A DNA stretch of 48,424 bases from Folioceros fuciformis (lineage: Eukaryota), in assembly GCA_049999805.1 (NCBI GenBank), contig JBNGIO010006293.1:70747-119170 (forward strand). Reading direction: 5' to 3'. Below, one piece after another: positions 20,737 through 30,874 of this stretch. Positions within the stretch are counted from its first letter, which is position 1. Each line of letters starts with the position of its first letter. Below the pieces are notes generated by a model. The model saw only the letters and a program-made list of their open reading frames with translations, was not told the origin of the DNA and searched no databases. The position numbers were made by a program, and so were the translations under genes.

Positions 20737-23118
20737 ATGAAGTTTGTGGTGAAAGTTTGGAGCTCCGGTGCCCGAATGGGCTCTTTGCAGCTCAAAGGGC
20801 GGCCACCTGTGGACACGCCATGCTTACTGTTAACGACACGAAAGGGCCTGCCTGCTTTCATCCCTCCAGACTTGCTCGAGACTTTGCATCCTGACGCAAA
20901 TCTATTGCAGATTAGCCCCCTGCACTTGTAATTCTCCCGCCCACCAGCAATTCAAAGTTTCTTCCGTAAGTGAATCTACAATGGCTTGCACACACTGGGG
21001 GAATTCGTGGCTCCGGTTTCTGCAAATTGATGGGCTTTGTTTCATTTTGTGCCAGCTTGGAACGCCCGCCGTCCAAAGTGATTTCAGCTTTGGGGGGCGT
21101 TAACAAGCTGATAGCTCTGCCAGATCATGGAATTGTTGCTGTTGCGAGGGATTCCATCTTGCACGAGTCAGATGGGGAAGGTAGCAGCAAGCTTGGGGCC
21201 GTGTTTGAGACCTTTGCAGGCAGACGTGTGGTAGGTTGACGGGGCGGCTAATCTGCTGTATCGTGCTTTGCTGTACGCTTCAATTCTGAGTATATTATCT
21301 TGTGCCTGGAACACCAGGTCGGCCCGGACAAATACATGGAGCTCGTGAACGCCATGTCCCCGGACATTTGGATGAGTCTACCGGATGAAGTGCCAGCATG
21401 GGCTCCCAGTAAGAGAAACACCTTGGCCGTCGACAGAACTCTTCGCTGGCTGGATCATTGCTTGTCATTGCAGCAGGTAGGAGCGCTAACGATCTCCCGA
21501 TTTCGACATTATCGTGGTTGACAAAGTTGATAGCTCTAGGTTACATCGTACGTTTGGCTGTCCTTTTCCAGGCGGCACAGTGCAGTCTGCTTAAGCATTG
21601 GTTATTCTGTGGTCTCTGAAACTTCAGCAGGTTAAAGGTACTGCTCCATTTGGAGTGGTTGTTGGTGGGGTAGATGTGGAAGCACGCAAACATTCGGCAG
21701 CAGAGACTGCACTTCGTGAAGTAGCTGGTGGGTCCTCTATACGGACTGTGATGGAGTAGGTATACAGAGCGTGCAAGGTCTGGGACCAGTATTACTGTTT
21801 AGAGAATGACAGCGTTGCCCGATCGCAGGGTTCTCGTTGGGAGGGTTTGGACTTGGGGAAGCATTTGATCAGAGAGGCCCTCTGCTTGAAGCTGCCATTG
21901 TAAGTGCCCATGTCCGCCTCCTTTCACTTTTTTGATTAAGTAGGGAAAAGCACTTCGTACATACCTAAGTAGCCCACAAATGCGGAGTGGGGAGTATCGT
22001 GTTTTCTGATTTGAATTTTGGTTTCGTAGGCACAGCTACCTTCGTACATGCCCCGCCATATCAGTGGCATTGGTATGCCGGGTAAGGGACCTCTGCAGTA
22101 CGGTCATACAAGTTTGATGAAGTTTGCTAGTCAGTCCTTGTTTTGTCAGCATTGCACGAGGAGTCGTCTGAGCGCCTGTTTTAGACGCTGAGAGTCTGTT
22201 CTTGGCGTGCCGTTGGGTTGACAGCCACTGCTTAACGCCATGCAGAAGAGATTCTTCAGGGAGTCAGTTGTGGTGTAGATATATTTGAGAGCACGTATCC
22301 TGCCCAATTGTGATGACCATCCGTTCTGTGTGAGACGCATGGAGTTTTCGCTCGGACTGGTTTGGTGGGTTTTGTGGAAGCAATAGCAAAGGGTTTGGAA
22401 GGCCTTAACAGAAGCAGTTATCCTTACAACCTTACCATGGGAGGATGTGCTATGATTTTTCCTGTGCGGATGGGTGAAGCGAATGGGAGCCATCCAAGCA
22501 AGGCCGGTTCCGTAGAAGAAAGGGCACAGATAGGTGCTGATTCTGAGAAAATTAACTTGCGATCAGTCACTTACAGGTTTGTGTTTCTAGTTCTTCAATG
22601 CGAGGTCTGAAATGTGTGAAGGAGAGACATCATCTGACTTTTGCTGAGTGTGCTCGCGTGCAGGGACGATGCATCTGCTATACTACCAGGCTGTGAGTGC
22701 TACTGTTGCAGAAAGCATTCTCGGGCGTACATTAATCATCTGCTCATTTCGCACGAGATGTTGGCCCAGACTCTCCTGGACATGTGAGCTTCCTTTGCCA
22801 ACCGTTGCTAACTGCTAAGCACTATCTATCATACGCAAAGCAGTCTATCCCATATGATAAGCCATTCAGTGTCGATCTGATCATCCTCTTGCTTCTTGCA
22901 GACACAATCAGTATCACTATCTTCAGTTTTTTGAGGCCATAAGGGATGCTGTGGAACGTGATAAATTCGAACAGTACAGAACCTGGTTTACTAGCAGAAG
23001 ACACAGTGAGGCTTTTCATTCCTCCGATTCTTTGACTTCGGGGACTGATTTAAATGGCGATACTTCACGTTCCGTGAAGGCTCTGAGGAGAAATTGGCTC
23101 ACAAGCAGCAGGGTGTAA
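20737..23118 (+). CDS. QTRT2: Queuine tRNA-ribosyltransferase accessory subunit 2, about 10 exons (first 20737-20927, 21056-21230, 21318-21476, 21631-21727, ... last 22901-23118)
   Basis: MKF..ARMG..TPCLLLTTRKGLP, PDIWMSLPDEV, VDRTLRWLDHC, GFSLGGFGLGE, EEILQGVSCGVDIFESTYPY, KINLR and the Zn motif GCECYCCRKHSRAYINHLL..HEMLAQTLL.IHN. Canonical GT-AG introns with compatible phases. Confidence 0.9.
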
Positions 23119-23519
23119 CTGAAGGCCCATAATTGTTTTCCTGAAGGACCAATTTTTGTAGCAAATAGATCAACAAGAGGCGGACACCCCAAAGTGGTGA
23201 CGCTTTTGTTTATTGCTTCAATCTTCCCTCGTTCCCTTGTGTGGCTCTGCACATGGTATCTGTACATGGGAGGAGCGGGTGGCCGTGACCATCTTCCAAA
23301 TTTTGAAGACGCTTATTCAATATGTCTGTAAAAGGAGAATATTCACTTGTCTATAATCTTCCCACATACTAGTTAGGTACTATCTTATGGATACAGCCAT
23401 CCACTTATCCCTGAATCAAGTCATGGAAGCCAGGAATTGTGGCCAAGATGTAGTGTTTTCAGTCTGTCACACGTCGAATTTACACCTACCTCACAAGTTA
23501 TATACATCCTATGCACCAA

Positions 23520-25262
23520 CTATTTGAGCCTGATGACAGAGAGGTGAGGAAGAGTGTTCTCCACTGCTGCTGGAGTTACCTTGCAGGAGTGCAGACTGAG
23601 AGAACAAAGCTGTTTCAGCGGTTTGAGATGTTGCAGCCCTGCATTGGTTACCCTGGAGTTGCCCACGTTGAGAGAGACAAGAGAGGTCATTCCAGAAAGA
23701 TACTGGAGAGCGTTGTCTGTCAGATTAACGTTCTGGGACAAGTTTAAGGAGGTCAAGGCTGTGAGATCCCTGATATGCTTGACACCTGTATCAGTGATCC
23801 CTCCTCCGCACAGTTCCAAAGACTCCAGCTTCTTGAAGTGTCGAAGACTCAAAGCGCCATTGTCCGTTATCCGAGCTCCGAACAAATCCAGGTGCTTCAA
23901 ACCTGTCAAGTTCACAAGCTGCCTCACTCCAGAATCCGTAATGTTTCGAGAATCCAAATTGAGCGACACCAGGGAACGGATCTGCGCTATCCTGCGCATG
24001 CCGTCATCCGACACCTCGGTGAAGGACAGATTAAGGCTCTCCAAGCTCTTGAGACCCGTCAAGTACCGCAGGCCCGCGTCCCCCACCATGCAGTCGGACA
24101 GGTCCAGCTTCCTCAGCTTCCCCAGGCCAGTCAAGTGCGATAGAGCATGGTTGCCTATCTTGCATGAGTCCAAGATCAACGTCTCCAGCTTGATGAGCAT
24201 CTTGAGGAAGGAGAGGCCCCCGTCCGTCACCCTGGAGTAGGCCAAATTCAGGTACCTGAGCTCCGCCAGCGCCTCCATATTCGGCGACCCGAAGTCCGCA
24301 CAATCACACGACCTGGCATCCAGATGCTCCAGCAGCTCCATGCCGCAAAGAGTGTCCAAGCATCCTGCCGTCACCGGACAGCCTTCCATGCACAAGGTCC
24401 TGAGTTCCTTCAGCCCCCCAAGCCACGCAAAACCCCGGTCATCCACCTTGCAGCGCGAAATCTGCAGCTCCCGCAGCCTCACCAGCCCGGAGATGTGCTT
24501 GATGTCAGAATTGCGCACCGAGTTGCACCAGCCAAGGTTGAGCCTCTCCAGCGCTATAAGCCCCGAGACATGCACCAGACCGCCGTGGATCATCTGGCAC
24601 CTCTCCAGGTCAAGGCTCCTCAGATTCACGAGACACGCCAGATTCCGCATCCCGACAGCCGTGATCAGGCTACTCCCTTTCAAGCTCAAGCTGGTGAGAT
24701 TCCGGAGCCCCCCGAAGCCGTGCAGCCCCGCGTCGGTCACCAAATGGCAGAAACTGATGGAAAGCGTCTCCAGATTGCAACAATTCCTCAAGCAAGCAAG
24801 CCCCGCATCCGTCACCAGCGACCCCGTCACATCGACCCCGAGCAGCGACTCTCCCTGCGTCCCAATCACCTCCAGCCACTCGTCCGTGACCCCGGGGTAC
24901 TCCCGCAACAGCACGTCCTGCAGCGCGCAGTCCCGGAACGCCTGCAGCACTTCCCGACACAGCCGCCGCCTTGCCACAAGCTCATCCAACACTTGCTGGC
25001 TCAAATCCCTCGGGAGGATGTGCAGGGATGACCAATTCTCCACCGTGTCGCACATCCGCTGCACCGCCAGCGTCAGCAGCGTGGGACGCTGCTGCTCCTG
25101 CTGCTCCCGCTCCCGCCGCAGCGCCTCTCCTCCTTCCGCCTTGGCCGGCCATTTCAGACTAACGCTGCTCAATTTCGCTGATCCCCCGCCACCCCCCCGC
25201 TGCAATTCCTCCCCCTCTCCGCCGCCCTGCAGGTCTCGCTTCCTGGAGCACACCCCTCCCAT
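23520..25262 (-). CDS. RNI-like/AMN1-type leucine-rich repeat protein with an N-terminal myristoylation/palmitoylation signal (At1g15740-like, from memory), single coding exon
   Basis: MGGVCSRKR, LPRDLSQQ, AFRDCALQD, YPGVTDEW and about 16 repeats of LxxLxLxxxxVTDxG. Candidate 5'UTR intron 25346-25580. Confidence 0.93.
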   Translation of the reverse strand: MGGVCSRKRDLQGGGEGEELQRGGGGGSAKLSSVSLKWPAKAEGGEALRREREQQEQQRPTLLTLAVQRMCDTVENWSSLHILPRDLSQQVLDELVARRRLCREVLQAFRDCALQDVLLREYPGVTDEWLEVIGTQGESLLGVDVTGSLVTDAGLACLRNCCNLETLSISFCHLVTDAGLHGFGGLRNLTSLSLKGSSLITAVGMRNLACLVNLRSLDLERCQMIHGGLVHVSGLIALERLNLGWCNSVRNSDIKHISGLVRLRELQISRCKVDDRGFAWLGGLKELRTLCMEGCPVTAGCLDTLCGMELLEHLDARSCDCADFGSPNMEALAELRYLNLAYSRVTDGGLSFLKMLIKLETLILDSCKIGNHALSHLTGLGKLRKLDLSDCMVGDAGLRYLTGLKSLESLNLSFTEVSDDGMRRIAQIRSLVSLNLDSRNITDSGVRQLVNLTGLKHLDLFGARITDNGALSLRHFKKLESLELCGGGITDTGVKHIRDLTALTSLNLSQNVNLTDNALQYLSGMTSLVSLNVGNSRVTNAGLQHLKPLKQLCSLSLHSCKVTPAAVENTLPHLSVIRLK

Positions 25263-26045
25263 GCTCGATTATTCCCGGAACCTTCTCGGCCGGCCCTGCT
25301 ACCGCGACGCCAACTGCATGGCCAGCCTTGGCTTCACGATCCAACCTGAAGCTAGTCCCGCTCACATGCCGAGCACCGTCCACGGCCCAGGCACACGCCT
25401 GGGCTCCGATTCCTGCCCCTTCCCGACCCCCCGTCTCTGCGAGGCTTACGGCCACCTTTCCCCATCGGTGCATGCGAAAAAAGGAGAGAGGGAACGGAGG
25501 GAGGTGGTGGTGGGACTCGCGTGTTCCGCTTCCATGTCCTACGTGAGCCTCTTGCGTGGCGTGATTCTCAGGTAACTTACCATTTCCGGCCTCTCATGTA
25601 TGTACAGGTATGTAGGCCCTTTCGCCAGAATCTCATCAGAACCCATTCCCCTCGCATTCCGGCTCCTTTTTTTATCATCCATCGTGGCTTATATCACACC
25701 TCGAAGCATTGGAAACACTTATGTACTTATCCATATTTCTTAATATGCGTGATTTCCGTCAACGTTATCTCTTACGACGAAGCGGTGGGATATTTCTCCA
25801 TTTCCGACATCGTGGGTGCTGCGACGGGCGCATGGGCCCTGCATAGATTCCTTTTCATTTTTCATGCGGGGAATTGAAAGTGAGAGGATCTCGAGTTCCG
25901 CGATTTCATTGGCATCGCAAACTTCAGTATGCTGGTTGTACATCACGATGCCACATCTCCAGATAAAACCCATTGTCAATTTGCTTTTTTTTTTCCAACT
26001 AATATTGAATATAATTAGGGCTTTACATTCCAGGAATGGTATTGT

Positions 26046-26410
26046 CTTCTTCTTCTTAGACCTCATAGGTAGCATTCTCGTTTAATGCATGCATCAACCA
26101 CAACTTGACATTCTATTCGCAGCTTCTTCTTCTTAGACCTCAGAGGTAGCATTCTCGTTTAATGCATACATCAACCACAACTTGACATTCTATTCGCAAC
26201 TCACCAAGTCGGTGGTGGGTATCTGGAGGAAGGTTCATCAGAGGTAGCATTCTTGTTTAATGCATGCTTGAACTACAAATTGACATTTTATAAGCAACCC
26301 ACCAAGTTGATGGTGGGTATTCAGAGGAATGTTCATAAGAGGTAGCTTCTTGTTTAATGCATGTATCAACTACAACTTGACATTCTATAAGCAAACCACC
26401 AAGTTGGTGA
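26046..26410. repeat. Tandem repeat, 4 copies of a ~78-98 bp unit
   Basis: The core AGAGGTAGCATTCTYGTTTAATGCATGCATCAACYACAACTTGACATTCTAT recurs four times. Confidence 0.85.
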
Positions 26411-26691
26411 AGCTCACCGTGCAGCTAAGCCTCTTTTCAAATGGCCCAAACGCCTAAGAAGCAAACATTAAGGCTTTAGATTCTTCTTTAACTTTTGTAC
26501 TGCTCCAATGCCCATCACTAGTTGATTTGGTTGTAGAGGAACAACAAGCACACACTAATGGCTCTGAGGATAAGGGTATTCAAACGTTGTAACAATTTTT
26601 TACCAACCTCTTTATGGCTAGTTGTAAGTGTCCCCCGAAGGTCTTGCAAGCTCTTGATGTAATGTTGTTTTCAAGCTTGCTTACCGATAAC

Positions 26692-26885
26692 GAACTTTTA
26701 GGATGACCTACTAGATGTGGTCAGGGGAGAATTTTGCAAGATGTACAATGGTCTATTGGTCATAGCGAGGGGAGGAATTTTGTAGATGTGCAATGGCCTA
26801 CCAGTCACGGCTAGGACGAATTTTATAGGATGTGCAATGACCTATTGGTCGCAACAAGGGAGGAATTTTGCAAGATGTGCAATGT
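26692..26885. repeat. Degenerate tandem repeat, about 4-5 copies of ~42-48 bp
   Basis: GAATTTTGCAAGATGTGCAATGGYCTAYTGGTC-like units. Confidence 0.75.
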
Positions 26886-29800
26886 TGCTGCATCCAACAA
26901 AAGCCAACATCTATTCTTTCATTGCAACTATGCCTGAGCGGTTTTGAAAGAGGTTAGCAAGTGGTTGCAAGGCCTCTTCTTCGTTCCGAAGGATGTGATT
27001 ATGGAACAAACATCTCTAGAGATGTTTGTTGTAGGGGTGGATGTCATCGCCACGCATCGAGAACGTCACGACATCGGAACGCAATGCACAAGTGTGTATA
27101 GCGAAGGCCAATGTTCGCAATGTTTATGGCACTTGGTGAATGCAAAGAGTTTTAGCAAAGAATGTGACAATTTGACAGTGCTTATAAGTCAAATTACTAC
27201 CAAATGGTTGGGCTTTAAGACAAAATGAGAATGCTATCTAGGCCTCAGAGGACGATGTGGCCAGCGAGGCCTATGGTGGAGCTAAAAACCATGACAGTGG
27301 GCTCTTCCTCTTGCCGAACGAGGTTCTGGATTCAAAGGACTGTGATCACACAAGTAGTGTGCGAAATGGAGGGCAGACACTTATGAGCATCGCCCACCGA
27401 GCATCTGCATTGCATGCATGGAAGGGAAGCTTCTTGGCTGCTGGAGGACAGGTGGGAGCAACTCACTGTTCATGTAAGAATGGTGGGCTGGCGATTGTTG
27501 AGCATATGGACAACAACCAAATGTTGGAAGCCTTGCTTAATAACCATGGAGTTCACAGGCCTTGCTTAACAAACATGGAGTTCATTGAGTCCGAGACCCA
27601 ACTCCCGAGGAGGTGGAATTTGGGTCCATGCGGCTTATGCAAGACATCGCAGAGTTGTGGAGTGTGCAAACGAGTGATAAGTCTGTAAGTGCATCTCTTA
27701 GGATTGAAAGCCCAAAAGAATAAAGGCAAAATACAAAACAAGATTGAGAAGGACAATACTGATTGTGGAGGCCCAAGTTATGGAGCAACAGAAGGTGATA
27801 GAATGGAGGAGGAGCATGGTATGCAAGGCACATTGTCTCCCATTCTCAGCCCATGCAAGCACTAAGACTACCTTAATTAGCTAACAACAATGTAATTGCC
27901 CATCAGGAGGAGGGAGTGATGCAGACCATAGCATTAGCGAGGATGGATAAGATGAAGAGGGAAATGGGGAATTTAGCTCGGGGAGAGACTCTGAATCTGC
28001 CTGTGCAAATGACGTGGTCGTGATCATAGACGATGAAGCTGAGGACATTGAGCATTCTCGTTTTGTTGTCCAGCATGTGGGAATTGATTATGCTGAAATG
28101 GAGGCAACGCGTGTGGCAATGGCCCCTACACAGGCGGTGAATGATGGAGGGAAAGCCAAAGGGAAGCGCTGCTCACTAGGACATGGTCCTACTCAAGAGA
28201 TAATCAAGCAGGAGGTCGGCTCACATGGGCGAGAGCAACGTCGTCGGTGTTTAGCTCCAACATTGTTGCCGACTTACCATGCGGTATGCAACAATAAGAG
28301 GTATTACCAGACCCTAAACCTTGGTACACAAAGGGTGGAACAAGCACCCTCGCCTTTCTTACAATTACCCTCCATGCAGTCATTGATCGATGGAGTTGCT
28401 TGCGCATTGTAGGGTGCGCCCAAACCCATGGGCAGTAGCGATGTTGTAATTGTGGAAGGGGAGGTGAGCACACATAGGAAACGAAAGGGGAAAAGCATGG
28501 CTGCAACAATCTGAGCAAATAAGGGACAAGGCTTTAAATGCGTCCACAACACAACCTCCGCAAAATTCCGGGTTCGTGATTTCGATTAGACATGCATAAG
28601 TGTCCACATCGTAGGAATGTACACCTACAACGATACACCCTCTTGACATGGTTGTATGGGCCGTGTTCATAAGCTCATGAAAGAAAGCACGTAAGGTCTA
28701 CAAATCTCTTCCCATGGTACTTTTGCCATTCGTACAATTGGAGTGATAATAAATTCCTAGAACTGGTGTTTAGCAGTACGCACTTTCAGAGGTTAGGATA
28801 GCCAACCCAATGGCTATGAAACTTGTGGCCCACGTCATATAGCCTTCTCCCGAATTGCCACGGGTGCCAACTAGCAAGCGCATGCAGTAACCCCGATTTC
28901 AAACCCTCTTGCGAGACTCGGTTTGAATAAGGTGGAGGAACGCGTAGTTTGAATTCCATTTAAGATGAGGAATAAATGAGGCATCCACATACGTTAATCC
29001 ATTGCCACCCATGATGATAGAGGGCCGGCTCAATCTTGCATGTCGAGCCTAAAAGCTTGACATCAAAAGCGTTCTAACACTTTGTTTGTTGCACTTTACG
29101 TTGGGTAGGTAACCGAAGCTAGAGTGTAACAAAGGGGTTGGAAATGTTACAAAAGAATAGGATTTGTAACAAATAAGTGTTACCGGAAACCCTATTTCTA
29201 GTAGTGTCTCTTTGGTCTTATGAGGCTTGATGCAAACCACTATTTCAACAAGAGTTGTAGGGCTAATGTAGAGCTCTTGTCGCTCACACCTCTGGCTTAA
29301 ATGGACAACAATGGCTAATGGAGGAAAGAACCAATGCCAATTAAACTATATGCTTTGGCTCAGATAACTTCTAATTGCTGCAAAAGATGTAAGGGTGCCC
29401 GTCCTGTGGAAGTTCAAGAGTAAGGATTGAAGGCTTGCTAGCTTCCTCGCTTCAGGAAGGAGGTATTATGGATTCACTTGTGCTTCTAGGGAGGGTAGTT
29501 TTTCTTTGCATTTTCCATCATCAAAGTAGGGGTCTAGGTTCAAATGAAGCTTTTCTTTGTTCCAGACCTTAAATCTGTAATTGGGTCGCTATAGGGAGGT
29601 AGGGGGAGATATAAGGAGGGGTGAGCTTACTTAGATCCTTGTCCTACCCTTGTAACCCTATAAACAGGGCAAGCTGTCAAATCGTACCTTTCCTCCGCAA
29701 ATAAACTAAGCTTGAAATGGAAGACGCAACCATTCAAATGAAAGACTGGCATGAGAGGTTGAAATCACGTCAAGCAATGTTTGGCTAGAGTATTGTATGG

Positions 29801-30874
29801 CTGGCGAGTGGGAGAATGGGAGAGAAGAAGAATTTTTGTTAAAGTAAGGATGGATTTCCATCCAAGGCTTGACCCTTGTATCAAGGTATATTGTACCTAG
29901 CTACTTGCTCCGAGGGACCCATCTAAGTAAGGATCCCGTATGCTTAATCCTGAAGTTCTGAGTTCATTTGGCCTTAGCTTCTCTGGGTTCCTCTCAAAGT
30001 TGTTGCAGAATTCAAGCGTTAGGGAGGTACTTATCATGTACCTACGGGATGTAGAAAACTGGATGACTTTGAGGCTGCAGAGAGTTCTTGTGAGGAGTTT
30101 GGGAGGCCAAAATGTGTGCATGCAGTGAGTGTCTTGAACTTGGCGGTGTTGTGGAATCAGAAGCAGTCTGCTGCTTCCAGAAATTCCATTGAAGCAGGTG
30201 ACACAGGCTGCTGGAAATGGTTGGTCCACGAAGGTGCGGATGCACAGTTCACGTCTTTGCTGTCTCCTTCGTCACGGAATTGTATTGGATTGTCTCCGCG
30301 ATTTAGAGGAGCGGTGGCCAGGGTGCTGGACGCGCGGCTAGTTCCCACTGCCCACAACAAGACTTTGTCCCATTGCAGACCTGCACGAGATGTAGCGTGT
30401 GCTCAGAAGGCTGACGGCCTGCCAAACAGCACCCATCAACTTTCAATCGTTGTGTTCTCCTCCATCTCAAGAGAAGGTAGCTGGAGCTGGAGTGTGCTGG
30501 GGCACGGAGGCAGCAGCCTGCTGCAGGAAGGTTGGAGTGGTAGCAGGAATAGATGCATCCGGAGAGTTGAAAACAGAAGGGAAAATGATACATCTTGTCT
30601 GCCATGATGTCTTGTCAATCTAGCGGGGCCTTTGTAGTGGATCCTCTCATGCTTGCTCTTCAGTAGAATCGATAATGACATGGCAGCCCATCTCCGGGAG
30701 CTACTGCCCCAAAACAGAACAGCAACACTGTGACACCGGGAATATTTTATTCAGGAATTTTCTTGGGGTCGTCCTTGTCTCACGATGACACCGCTGGTGG
30801 TGCTACTGCCGGCGATGTTGCAAGCGGCTGACCGTCATGTGTCACACTCATGTTACGTCAACGGTCCCTGAACG

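Noticed and set aside
29890-30700. Several 60-160 aa ORFs upstream of the PPR gene
   Set aside because: No recognisable motifs or consistent exon structure.
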